IMG/VR virus record: IMGVR_UViG_3300035698_011749
Location: 497 to 64,496 of that record
Length of the DNA stretch: 64,000 nt
From: a virus
Taxonomy: Duplodnaviria; Caudoviricetes
Direction: 5' to 3' (one strand)
Part shown: piece by piece, positions 1 to 8,954 of the stretch
Layout of the letters: the number at the start of each line of letters is the position of its first letter
Position numbering within the stretch: position 1 is the first letter of the stretch
Made by a program: the position numbers and the translations under genes
The notes under the pieces: model-generated
Seen by the model: only the letters and a program-made list of their open reading frames with translations
What the model was told of the DNA's origin: nothing
Databases searched by the model: none

Positions 1-593
1 AATGGATCGAATTCAGTATTATTTAGAGTTTCTTTAATTTCTTCTGATAGCTCAGGTTTAGGTACAACTAAAGGTTCAGGTTCAGGGTCATAATCAGACC
101 GAGGAATTAATTCAATGCCTCCTTCTCCATCAGCTGTTTCCTTACTATCTGTTTCAGCAAGCCCGCCAAACTGTGTCTTGCTAATTGATCCTTGCAAAGC
201 AGTGATTTCAGCATCAATTTCTTCATCAGACTTAGTTTGAAAAACCATGTCGATGTTAAGTTTGTCTGGAGCTTTAAAACCAGACCTGTCAAGAACATCT
301 TTGGCAGCGTTAAGTTGAACAGATGCAGGAGCTTTCTGCTCGGGATCAAGCAATCGTCCGAGAGTTGTTAAAGCATTTTTGTTCATTGAAATAAGTTCTT
401 TTCTTACATCGATCGTAGCTTCTGTTATCTTGTCATTTAATCCATTCAAGTAAGCTTTGCCTAAAGGTGAATTTAAAACCTGAGAAATTGTTATTGTCGA
501 GACGCCAATACGTTCAGCTATCTCAGGCGCCTTGAATCCGTTAAAAGACATCTGGATTATGTTTCTGTGATGGGCTTTAAGTTCTTTAAGCAT
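1..593 (-). CDS. Terminase small subunit-like protein, 3' end outside the window; not in the ORF track
   Basis: Hand translation from ATG at 593 gives MLKELKAHHRNIIQMSFNGFKAPEIAERIGVSTITISQVLNS...VQLNAAKDVLDRSGFKAP..., open to the window edge. N-terminal HTH plus an AAKDVLDRxG segment typical of TerS; same strand as TerL at the other end. Confidence 0.7.
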   Translation of the reverse strand, partial: MLKELKAHHRNIIQMSFNGFKAPEIAERIGVSTITISQVLNSPLGKAYLNGLNDKITEATIDVRKELISMNKNALTTLGRLLDPEQKAPASVQLNAAKDVLDRSGFKAPDKLNIDMVFQTKSDEEIDAEITALQGSISKTQFGGLAETDSKETADGEGGIELIPRSDYDPEPEPLVVPKPELSEEIKETLNNTEFDP

Positions 594-628
594 GGCTTGC
601 CCTTATTCGCTATAAGTCTTCCTGTAAG

Positions 629-817
629 TTATTTAAGCGAGTCCTGTAATCGCTTATTTCGGTTTTTGATAGTCCTCGTGACAGATGAGCCAAGGTCACT
701 ATACGTTTGCTTCTTTTCTGGTGTTGGTGCTGGTGCTGGTTCTTGCGCTTTGATTTCTGGCCCAGCTTTTAATGCCTTCTGCATCTCTTGATGATATTTG
801 TTCATTATATCCTCCAA
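629..817 (-). CDS. Small hypothetical protein, first gene of the late arm (real start probably ATG at 805)
   Basis: ORF track; GGAGG RBS precedes MNKYHQ. Confidence 0.55.
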   Translation of the reverse strand: MEDIMNKYHQEMQKALKAGPEIKAQEPAPAPTPEKKQTYSDLGSSVTRTIKNRNKRLQDSLK

Positions 818-875
818 AGTGATTTATGGTTATTAATCTTTTCATTGCTTCTTCAGATAGTGATTATTTTGACCT

Positions 876-905
876 ATTGTACTATAGTCTAATGGGAGAT
901 GTCAA
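876..905 (-). promoter_or_regulatory. Sigma-70-type promoter for the leftward (late/packaging) arm
   Basis: Minus strand TTGACA-18 bp-TACAAT, with AT-rich upstream sequence. Confidence 0.65.
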
Positions 906-1079
906 GGGAAAAATTAGTATTTTTAATGTTTTTTTCACTGGAAAAAGTGCCTTTTGGAGTATTTAAAATCTCCCCTTGGCTATATATCCAGTAAAGTTGG
1001 CTAACCATTTAGCGTTGATAACCTGGTAAATGCTGCCAAAGTTAACGCAGCTAAAATCGTTCCCTGACTTCGTCAGTGT

Positions 1080-1093
1080 GTTCATTTATGAAC
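1080..1093. promoter_or_regulatory. Palindromic box GTTCATWWATGAAC, copy 1 of 5
   Basis: Other intergenic copies at 7106, 14723, 29183 and 55206. Confidence 0.75.
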
Positions 1094-1126
1094 AGCCAGC
1101 TTTGCCATTCTAACTCTTTGACTGCT

Positions 1127-1473
1127 TCAACTCGTTGCCTGTTTCAACTTGTTGGTTTTTTAACTTTTGGGTGTTGAGTCAAGTAGACGCTTAAAATTGC
1201 TGGGACTCGTAGAGATATATAGAAAGACTAATGCTCTATTTAAAATCGAGGCAACGACTTGCTTAAAGTTTCAATCAATCTAAAATTGTTCCCGTCAACA
1301 AGTTGACAGCTCAACAAGTTAATACCAATAGACTGGCATGATTATTGCAATTGGGAATTATACAGACTGGCATAGGTATTGCATGTGCAGTCTGGCACAA
1401 TGTTTGCATACCATTGAACTGGCATAGTTGTTGCATAGGTGACCTGGCATGGAAGTTGCATATCAACAAGTTG
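1127..1473 (+). repeat. Five TCAAC-N3-TTR motifs (IHF-core-like / CAAC-NN-GTTG quasi-palindromes)
   Basis: Copies at 1127, 1144, 1295, 1311 and 1463. TATCAACAAGTTG at 1461-1473 matches the IHF consensus WATCAANNNNTTR exactly. Confidence 0.55.
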
Positions 1474-1571
1474 GCATGGGTATTGCAATGGGTAGGTATG
1501 GCACGAGGTTTGCATATCAATATTTTTGAGCCTTTTAAACGATTAGCTGACCGTTTGGCACGCCTTTTGCA
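1334..1571 (+). promoter_or_regulatory. Tandem array of eight sigma-54 (RpoN) -24/-12 consensus elements
   Basis: TGGCA(C/T)-N5-TTGCA starts at 1334, 1368, 1393, 1420, 1445, 1472, 1499 and 1556; N5 spacers all differ. Confidence 0.9.
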
Positions 1572-1688
1572 ATTCCTTATTATATAGGGCGTTTTGGGTT
1601 TTGACAGCTCGACAAGATATAAAAACGTTTAAAAAGGATAGTGATTTTAATAGGTTATAAAATACTTTCAGAAAAGTGAAAAAAAGAC

Positions 1689-1717
1689 TTGACAAACCGG
1701 TTTGGGGTAATTATGAT
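1689..1717 (+). promoter_or_regulatory. Strong sigma-70-type early promoter
   Basis: TTGACA-17 bp-TATGAT with upstream A-tracts; lies before ORF 1792. Confidence 0.8.
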
Positions 1718-1791
1718 TAGAGCCAAATAAAACGGTGAACGGTTCTAACGGGCAGTAAGACCAAACTTTTTAAAATGAGAGGAGTAGCATC

Positions 1792-2271
1792 ATGGCAAAA
1801 TCGATTTATGACATCCTGGCGGACTTGGAAACAGAGACAAGTGTACCAGAACATGGAATGGTAGCGCATACCTTTCCACGTGACCTGTTGCCGACCGCGG
1901 AGGAGTTTGAAAACGGGGAGGAATTGCTCAATTGGGCCGAGGGTTTGGACGTTGTCCATGCCTGCCTGCAAAAAGGCGTGCAAAAATTCTTGATTGATCT
2001 GCGGGCAACTTTCAAAGCGGTCAAAAAAGATGAAACATGGACCTTTGAAAAAGGTCAGAAAGCGGTCGATGATGCGGTCTGGAACGTCACTAACCGGCCA
2101 TCAGTCAATGATAAGGAAGCTGTCAAAAAGAAAACGATTTTCGATGCAAACTTGGCAATAGCCAAAGCCATGACCGCGACAAAGGGAATCAGTGAGAAAA
2201 TGATCATTGATACTCTGACCACATCTTGCGGAGCTGAAATGGCGCAGGAAATTGTTGATTCAATCAAGTAA
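1792..2271 (+). CDS. Hypothetical early protein, 159 aa
   Basis: GAGGAG RBS, its own promoter and a downstream hairpin. Confidence 0.8.
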   Translation: MAKSIYDILADLETETSVPEHGMVAHTFPRDLLPTAEEFENGEELLNWAEGLDVVHACLQKGVQKFLIDLRATFKAVKKDETWTFEKGQKAVDDAVWNVTNRPSVNDKEAVKKKTIFDANLAIAKAMTATKGISEKMIIDTLTTSCGAEMAQEIVDSIK

Positions 2272-2287
2272 GTAACTTTTAACCATA

Positions 2288-2325
2288 GGTCCGGTTTGCT
2301 TGCATAGGAATCGGACCTTTCTTTT
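2288..2325 (+). terminator. Intrinsic terminator after ORF 1792
   Basis: AGGTCCG...CGGACCT stem followed by TTCTTTT. Confidence 0.6.
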
Positions 2326-2486
2326 GGATTTAATTCCTCTTGCCGGTTATGCCGGTCTACCGATCCTACCCGCCAAACCGTTTTAAGCCGCCAAACCGCC
2401 ACGACAAGCGACAATTCCTATCTACCCTAACCGACCTATGAACCAAACCGGGAAACAGCCTGTATGGCTGTGTTTTGGGGTGATTT

Positions 2487-2808
2487 AATGGTGATCGATG
2501 TAAACAGTATACAATAACCATAGTGCTGTTCGAAAGACAGACACCTAAAATTAGAGGGGAGGTTAATGGGTATAGGGATGTAATTGGTATAGGTATAGAG
2601 GGTAGGGTGGGGTGGGGGTCAGTCTTTCTTCTTAGAATTTTTTTTTTATGAATCCTCATTCATTTTTTGAACTGGGGAGGGCGCCACCCAATACCGGACC
2701 CCAACTCTCGATTACTAACTCACCCCAATTTGAACCCTTTGTAATATGAGCACAGACACCCCCCCAAAGAGGTGTGGTTATTGTATACTGTTTACATCGA
2801 TCACCATT
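2487..2808. repeat. Perfect 34-bp inverted repeat (2487-2520 / 2775-2808) around a G-rich then C-rich spacer
   Basis: AATGGTGATCGATGTAAACAGTATACAATAACCA and its exact reverse complement. Confidence 0.9.
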
Positions 2809-2858
2809 TTCTTGCCCACCAACCCATTGATAAATCAACCAACCAGCAGTTTGGGCTG

Positions 2859-3057
2859 GCAAGCCAGGTTGGTATTTCAACCAGTGGGTCAGCAAGCCGA
2901 TGTTAGGCTGGCAAGCCAGTCAGCCACACCAACCAGCTGGCATGTTCCAACTTTTGGCACATTTCAGCCAGCCAAGCCAGGCTCAAAAGTGGATCGGCAA
3001 GCCGATGTTAAAAGCTAAATCAGTTGGTACGAGCAAACCATTTTGCGTCAGCAAGCC
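2859..3057 (+). repeat. Cluster of GCAAGCC iteron-like repeats
   Basis: Exact copies at 2859, 2892, 2911, 2997 and 3051; variants at 2972 and 3033. Confidence 0.7.
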
Positions 3058-3099
3058 AGTAGGCATCAGCCAAACAGTTAGACAGGGCTGAAAAAGTTG

Positions 3100-3128
3100 T
3101 TGACAGTCACGGTTGGATGTGTTATTGT
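3100..3128 (+). promoter_or_regulatory. Sigma-70-type early promoter
   Basis: TTGACA-17 bp-TATTGT with an extended TG, upstream of the early gene cluster. Confidence 0.7.
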
Positions 3129-3158
3129 TTACACGTACACTAAATATTAACCCATTAC

Positions 3159-3851
3159 ATGAAAGGATCAGTTATGAAAAATTTTAATCTTGATGCAATG
3201 ACAGCAGTTTTTAAAGCGGCGATTGAGGAGATTAAAACAGTAGTTAAGAGCTTGCCGACAGAGGAAGCAAGAGAATATGTCGTTTTTATATTAATCCTTA
3301 TGGGCTGGAACCAGCAGGAAATGGGTTATATCATTCAAAAAGACGAAACGTTAAGATTGCTTTTTTCAGTTAATTTACAGTAAATTGGTTTAATGGTGAT
3401 TTTATTAATCAGTTAATTAAGGTTAAAGGTAAGAATGAAGCTAAAGTAATCTGTAAAAACCATTTGCTTCCTAATAGCTTTAAAATAGCTCTTAACTGGT
3501 TTAATAGATATGAGAGATATTCGAAAGAAACTTGGGAAAAAATCTTCAAATAAAAAGGCCAATATGAACCTCTTAACCATTATTTATTCCGAACAGATTG
3601 AATACTTGGAACCATTCAAAGCCAAAGCAACTCATTGGTTGCCAGAAATTTGGAAAGACCCACCAAAAGAATATCAACCTACCGATGTAATCTGCACTAC
3701 CAAGCAATCATACCTTGAGCTTGTAAAGACTCTCATTCAGGCAGGCAACATAAACCATTCAGAAGTCATTTATATTGTGAGCGATTCAACAGGGGCAGTT
3801 GCCTACACTTTTGATAAGGCAGGCAACTTTAATAACTTTTTCAAAATATGA
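3159..3851 (+). CDS. Two small hypothetical early proteins (3159/3174-3383; 3510/3564-3851)
   Basis: ORF track; co-oriented with the early operon. Confidence 0.55.
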
Positions 3852-3862
3852 AAGGAGCAACC

Positions 3863-4066
3863 ATGTATGTAGATCCAAATTTTAAAACCAAAAAGGCATT
3901 CAAAGAAGCAATATCAGCAGGTCAAAAAGTATCAGTATTCAGTCCTGGCATGTTTCCTGCCAAAACTGATGGTACTGAAACTATTGAAGGGCCACATTAT
4001 CCAAAACCACACACCTGGTATGCACAAGTACAAGTTAAAAATGGTTATGTGACTAAAGTTAGTTGA
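3863..4066 (+). CDS. Small phage protein (NFKTKK...EGPHYPKPHTWYA)
   Basis: AAGGAG RBS before ATG at 3863; motif recalled from other phage early proteins. Confidence 0.7.
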   Translation: MYVDPNFKTKKAFKEAISAGQKVSVFSPGMFPAKTDGTETIEGPHYPKPHTWYAQVQVKNGYVTKVS

Positions 4067-4159
4067 TTATTTACCCTGCCGATCATGGATCAGAGGAGTG
4101 AACAAACGTGCGCCCATTTAATTTGATTCACGGATTGATCGGCAGGCATGAGTAATCAA
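4063..4159 (+). ncRNA. Long intergenic hairpin (RNase III-site-like, or a small RNA)
   Basis: TTGATTATTTA/TGAGTAATCAA, CCTGCCGATCA/TGATCGGCAGG and GGATCAGA/TTTGATTC pair as nested stems. Confidence 0.55.
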
Positions 4160-4192
4160 CCGTTAACCTATAACAAAAAAGGAGTATGAGCC

Positions 4193-4639
4193 ATGAACAT
4201 TTTGAAGCAAGTATTACTTAATAAGGGATTTAAACAATCAGACAATTCAAAACTTAAAAATATTAATAGCTTTGCGCAATGCAACTGCGGGCGTATTCTT
4301 AATTCTAAAGGTTTGTGTCCATTTTGTCATAGCACTTTCATAGCAACAACTACCAAAAACTTTAAACTACGAAAGAAAGGAGCATAAATTATGATCGCTA
4401 AAAACATCTTTACAGAAGAAGTTATCAGAGATCTGGACCCGTCCGATAATGAAAGTATTTACTACTCGATGGACAAAAGAGACTGGGAATTTTATGAAAA
4501 GTTTAGTCCAGAAGATGGTTTTTCAACAAATCCGATTGCGATCCTCTTTATAGATCGGAAAAAAAGATACATTTTCAGTCTTGCTAATTTGATATATGTT
4601 TATGTCAGTACGGCTGGCCATCTGATTAGATCTTATTAA
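4193..4639 (+). CDS. Two small hypothetical proteins (4193-4387 with a CxC/CxxC Zn finger; 4391-4639)
   Basis: ORF track; AAGGAG RBS before each. Confidence 0.65.
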
Positions 4640-4651
4640 AAGGAATAAACC

Positions 4652-5203
4652 ATGACCATGCAAGAAATGCAAAATTGGATAGAACAAAAAACTGATCAAT
4701 ATATCGCAATTTGGAACAATCAGAGCGATGTAAAAGTCACCAATATTACAAGTCAATTCAATCTAAAAGGCTGTACGGCAGGCTATTTCTGCGCCAAGCC
4801 GGGCGGCAATTATTTTAGGTGGAACCTTTCATTGGCATTAGAAAACCAGTCCGAGTATCAACAAACTGTCGGCCATGAAGTGGCGCATTTAATTACCCGC
4901 ACTCTGGATAAAGTCAACAATCGAAAAAGCAATCCACATGGCTGGCTCTGGAAAAGTGTTATGCATTCACTTGGGCTGGCTTCAAAAAGGACACATAGTT
5001 ACAAAACAGAAAAGGCCAGAAAGGTCAAGCATCACATATCTTGGAATTGTCCATCTTGTGGAAGATCAGCCAAATTTACAATGACCAAATATCGAAACAT
5101 GCTCAAAAGTATGGTTTCATCTTCAGGCAGAACTACTTACCGATGTGATTGTGGCCAATATGTGAATGTTCTTAATGATTGTAAACCTGACATAGAGATA
5201 TAA
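4652..5203 (+). CDS. SprT-like zinc metalloprotease
   Basis: HEVAH, PHGWLWKSVM and C-terminal CPSC/CDC Zn ribbon. Confidence 0.85.
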   Translation: MTMQEMQNWIEQKTDQYIAIWNNQSDVKVTNITSQFNLKGCTAGYFCAKPGGNYFRWNLSLALENQSEYQQTVGHEVAHLITRTLDKVNNRKSNPHGWLWKSVMHSLGLASKRTHSYKTEKARKVKHHISWNCPSCGRSAKFTMTKYRNMLKSMVSSSGRTTYRCDCGQYVNVLNDCKPDIEI

Positions 5204-5217
5204 AGGCGGAGAATGAT

Positions 5218-5559
5218 ATGTTAAAAACTGATAAAGAACAGGAAATCTTGGAGCTTCAAGCAAAGAAAGAACTTTTAACTCCTGGACTCAAAGAAGCATT
5301 TGAAAACAAAACCAATGCATACAGAGCTTATATGGAATTAAACTTCAAATGGATGCGCCTAAGGGATGAGTTTGAAGCTTTTGATCGGGAAGAAAAACTA
5401 ATCTTTTTTAGCATTCCAAAGAATAAAACCAAGCCAACTAAGAAAATGCCTAAAGATTATGCTAAAGAAGCGCAAGAGAATGCAAAGAAAACTGCCATGA
5501 AAGCCTTGGAAAGTTTACCAGCCGAACTTCGGGAACAAATTTTAAAGCAATTTAAATAA
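5218..5559 (+). CDS. Hypothetical protein with C-terminal LESLPAELREQIL motif
   Basis: ORF track; RBS. Confidence 0.75.
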   Translation: MLKTDKEQEILELQAKKELLTPGLKEAFENKTNAYRAYMELNFKWMRLRDEFEAFDREEKLIFFSIPKNKTKPTKKMPKDYAKEAQENAKKTAMKALESLPAELREQILKQFK

Positions 5560-5574
5560 AGGAGAATTATAAAT

Positions 5575-5904
5575 ATGAAACGAGCTCTTTGCACTAATTG
5601 TAAATTTAAAACTACTGATAAATGTTGGCCAGGCCCAGTAATGCTTTGTGGACATCCTTATTTTAAAAAAGCTGTCACTTATGAAGATGCAATTATTAAA
5701 TGGATAACTATGGATAATGGCGATAAAGAGGCTGTTTCGGATAAGTGTCCATGGCCAGAAAGTGAATGTGTAAAAACTTCTAACAATTCGATTTCTTTGC
5801 CACCTATCCAAATAACAGAAAAGGCAAGTAAAATGTTATTAAAATCTTTAGAAAATTTGCCAGCCGAAGTTCGGCAACAGATATTGAATCAATGGAATGC
5901 ATGA
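5575..5904 (+). CDS. Cys-rich hypothetical protein with C-terminal LENLPAEVRQQIL motif
   Basis: ORF track; AAGGAG RBS. Confidence 0.75.
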   Translation: MKRALCTNCKFKTTDKCWPGPVMLCGHPYFKKAVTYEDAIIKWITMDNGDKEAVSDKCPWPESECVKTSNNSISLPPIQITEKASKMLLKSLENLPAEVRQQILNQWNA

Positions 5905-5945
5905 TTCTTTATATATTTATAAAAGATAAGGAAAGGAGGTAGAAA

Positions 5946-6897
5946 ATGAAAAAGATTAGAAAAAAGGATATTGAAAGATGGTTGAAGAGATCTAATGAAA
6001 AGGCAAAAATGGTTTGTCCAAGAGAAGCAGTTATACCTTGTGAGTTTTGCGAGCGACTGTTTCCAAAGATAGTAAAGACTTTTACGTGCCCTTGCGACAC
6101 ATACAAACTCTCTTACGTCCGTTCACGCGCCCAGAGATACCTTAATGGAAATCTTCAACACTTGTTTGACGGTAGAACATAGGGAAAGGAAAAGAGTTAT
6201 GCTTACTGGTAATTTAGACCTACCAAACACTGATGGAGTTGAAATTAAAGAAGGTATTATATTAATTGGGCAGCCTACTCCAAGACCTGATTTAGGACCT
6301 ACATCAATGATATGTTTAGCTAATATATTTGGTAATTTAGCATTAGTAGAATTAAAATTATCATTTAAATTAACAGATTAGCAGGAGGTGACATTATGAC
6401 AACTATACTCGGACATAATATTAGGCTCATCAGGCCAGTATTGCAACACCAATGTAAGGTTTATAAAAATGAAAAGCCAAAAATCAAATACAATTATCGC
6501 GCCAAGGTTATTAAAGCCAACACTGGCAAAGTCATTACTGTTTGTGTCAGGCTAATTAATGGTGGTATTCGGTCGATGGCAGTACCAGCCACTCATTTCC
6601 AGGTATGTGAGCAAATGGTTGGTGATATTAATAAGGTAGTTGCCGTAGGTTGGCAGCTTGATAATGGGAACTTTATTTGGAGATAATCATTTAAAAAAGG
6701 AGGCAACAATCATGATTAGCAAAAGAAAACTTATTAAATGGCGTAAAGAAGCATTGATAAATCAAAATGACCAAAAACAATTAAGTGAAGATTGTGGAAT
6801 GCCTGTAGTAAATTCAAGTCAAAATAGGTATGTTAAAATGGTACTTGAACTAACCCAGGAATTAATTGATCAGCAGCTTTTAAATGAAAAATCTTAA
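5946..6897 (+). CDS. Run of four small hypothetical early ORFs (5946-6182, ~6199-6381, 6396-6686, ~6712-6897)
   Basis: ORF track; closely packed, most with GGAGG-type RBS. Confidence 0.6.
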
Positions 6898-6913
6898 ATA
6901 AGGAGAAATAATT

Positions 6914-7093
6914 ATGCCGACAAATAAAGAAATATCAACCAGCTTTGAGTTCAGAGTCATGTGTAGAAAAGCAGACATCAAGCCCACCAAACGCCAAGCA
7001 TCGAAATTCAAAATGGGTAAAGGTTTTCTATATTTAACTAACGTAAAAAAGGTGAAAAATCTGTACTTGCCTAAAGAATGTAGATTTGCATAA
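6914..7093 (+). CDS. 59-aa basic protein (FRVMCRKADIKPTKRQASKFKMGKG); below the ORF-track cutoff
   Basis: AGGAG RBS, ATG at 6914, TAA ending 7093. Confidence 0.7.
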   Translation: MPTNKEISTSFEFRVMCRKADIKPTKRQASKFKMGKGFLYLTNVKKVKNLYLPKECRFA

Positions 7094-7156
7094 CCAAGTC
7101 TGGCCGTTCATAAATGAACAGCCTTAACAGGCAATTTGTCAATTAGAGGTAATATC

Positions 7157-7297
7157 ATGAGAAAAGTAATTCAACATTTTATGAATTCTCAACATATTTA
7201 TTGCCGACTAATTAATTTAGGCTTTTCAAAGAAACATGCAAGGAAACTTGCAATGGTTTATGAGCTTTGCTTGCACAAATTTATTTATCAATTTTAA
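7157..7297 (+). CDS. 46-aa protein MRKVIQHFMNSQHIYCRLINLG...; below the ORF-track cutoff
   Basis: GAGG RBS. The QHxxNxxHxYCRL pattern recalls small Desulfobacterota hypothetical proteins (from memory, not searched). Confidence 0.6.
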   Translation: MRKVIQHFMNSQHIYCRLINLGFSKKHARKLAMVYELCLHKFIYQF

Positions 7298-7309
7298 AGG
7301 AGGTATACA

Positions 7310-7648
7310 ATGAAAACTGATTATCCAGAACTTGAGGGAAAAGAAATTACTTTTGCTAATGGTTCTCATACAATAAAAGGAAAAGTTTCCGGTTGTAATT
7401 ATTATATAGGAATTTCCATTGAAAATAAAGATAAATATTTACTTTGTCATAATGGAAAATCATCACCATTATATAAGAAATTTAAAAACCCAATGCCACG
7501 ACATAAATATAGAAAAATATTCCATTTAATTGTCAAACAAATTCAAAAAGGCCATATAGATGCAATAGAATTAGTAAGTATTCTGGATCAAGCTGGCTTT
7601 TCAAGCAATAAAGGACCAACAGCAAATAATTGTCCTTTTGCACAATAA
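7310..7648 (+). CDS. Hypothetical protein
   Basis: AAGGAGG RBS. Confidence 0.7.
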   Translation: MKTDYPELEGKEITFANGSHTIKGKVSGCNYYIGISIENKDKYLLCHNGKSSPLYKKFKNPMPRHKYRKIFHLIVKQIQKGHIDAIELVSILDQAGFSSNKGPTANNCPFAQ

Positions 7649-7659
7649 GGAGACGCTCA

Positions 7660-7995
7660 ATGGGAAATCCAATAGTTAATTTCAGATTATCAAAATACCA
7701 ACTTGCTCGCGGACTACAAATTATTCGTAACCTGGAACCTGATTACCAACTTACGAGTATTAGTAAAATTGTGAAGGTTATTTACCTTGATTACCTGGCA
7801 AAAATGTCAATAAACAAACAGGATAATGTGCCACAATACTTTATTGATGAAATTGAAAGTTTGCTTTATAAGCCAAAAAAGGTTATCAATAACTTGAAAG
7901 AATTTCAACAAGAAATAATAATCAACCAGTCAGATGAAGAATCAATTAAAAGTAATGTAGAAGATTTCAGGCCACCAAAAGATTGGCGAGCCTAA
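7660..7995 (+). CDS. Putative ribbon-helix-helix-like DNA-binding protein
   Basis: N-terminal IVNFRLSKYQLARGL; similar to the 8685 ORF; AAGGAG RBS. Confidence 0.45.
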   Translation: MGNPIVNFRLSKYQLARGLQIIRNLEPDYQLTSISKIVKVIYLDYLAKMSINKQDNVPQYFIDEIESLLYKPKKVINNLKEFQQEIIINQSDEESIKSNVEDFRPPKDWRA

Positions 7996-8100
7996 AAATG
8001 TATTATCTTAGAATGTTTATTCGTATAATATTTTGGTTTCCAATAATGGCTTTATTAATACTATTCTTATTGTTAATGCAATTATTTAGGAAAAAACTTA

Positions 8101-8508
8101 TGTCCGGAATATGTTCAGCCTGTAAAAAACCCTGCGAAGTAATAATCACTGATAATGGCATAGGTCATTATGAATATTGGGGCGCACCAGGTGTAGATAC
8201 ACAACTTGAAGCTGTTTCAGCCTGCTGTAATGCTCCAGCTTATTATAAAGACCCTAAAAATTTTATAACCGTCAAAGATATAAAGGAAGAACAATATGAC
8301 AGATCTTGAGGATAAAAATGACTTGCAAAATGCTATTAATATGGTAGAAGATCTTGTTGTTGAACTTAAAAATGATATCTTAACTTTGGTAGGCCGCTTA
8401 TATGATGAAGATGAAAACACTTTTGCGCCAGAAACAAGAGAAGTAATGAATAAATGGAAACCTGTTTTTAAAAATAAATATCTAAAAAACTCAGCTGGAG
8501 GAAAATAA
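8101..8508 (+). CDS. Two small hypothetical ORFs (C-terminal Cys-rich part of 7983-8309; 8296-8508)
   Basis: ORF track; exact start of the first ORF is uncertain. Confidence 0.5.
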
Positions 8509-8684
8509 TATGAGGCATTTTCTTAATTTTTTTGTATTATTACCAATAAAACTTATATTAATTATGCCTATAGGTATAATATTACTTTTTTTATCGCTAC
8601 TTGGTTATGAAAAACTTGCGGATTGTTTAAATAGTTTTTTACTTGATTGGCATTTTTAATTTAAAAAAAGAAAGGGAAAATAAA

Positions 8685-8954
8685 ATGGCGACAACAATAA
8701 TATCTTTTCGAATTAAACCTGAAGAATTGGCTAAGGCTTTAGAAGGACTAATTGAAACTGGTGTTGATCCTACCAGTTTAACAACCATTTCAGGTATTGC
8801 AAGAACAACTTTTTATCATGGTATAATATCTTTATGCAAAAGCCCAGCTGAGCCTGCCAGCCAGAAAACAATGCAAACAATTAACCAGCTTCTTAATCAG
8901 GGAAATCGAACTAAAAATATTAGTATTAAAAACCTTTTGAAAGGAGCAAACTAA
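8685..8954 (+). CDS. Putative ribbon-helix-helix-like DNA-binding protein
   Basis: IISFRIKPEELAKAL...LTTISGIAR aligns with IVNFRLSKYQLARGL...LTSISKIVK of the 7660 ORF. Confidence 0.45.
   Translation: MATTIISFRIKPEELAKALEGLIETGVDPTSLTTISGIARTTFYHGIISLCKSPAEPASQKTMQTINQLLNQGNRTKNISIKNLLKGAN

Noticed and set aside
107-349. ORF-track 80-aa protein
   Set aside because: Out-of-frame shadow of the TerS-like ORF starting at 593.
1334-1571. Possible CRISPR array or mini-array
   Set aside because: The conserved part is a split 6+5 bp motif with a 25-34 bp period. There is no 23-47 bp repeat with spacers and no cas operon.
1311-1587. ORF-track calls 1311-1520 (-) and 1345-1587 (+) with repetitive Cys/His/Trp/Met content
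   Set aside because: No RBS; the repeats are by-products of the TGGCA...TTGCA DNA motifs, whose spacings are mostly not multiples of three.
2366-3091. Several short ORFs across the inverted-repeat and iteron region
   Set aside because: Low-complexity translations, no RBS, and overlapping on both strands; better explained as non-coding.
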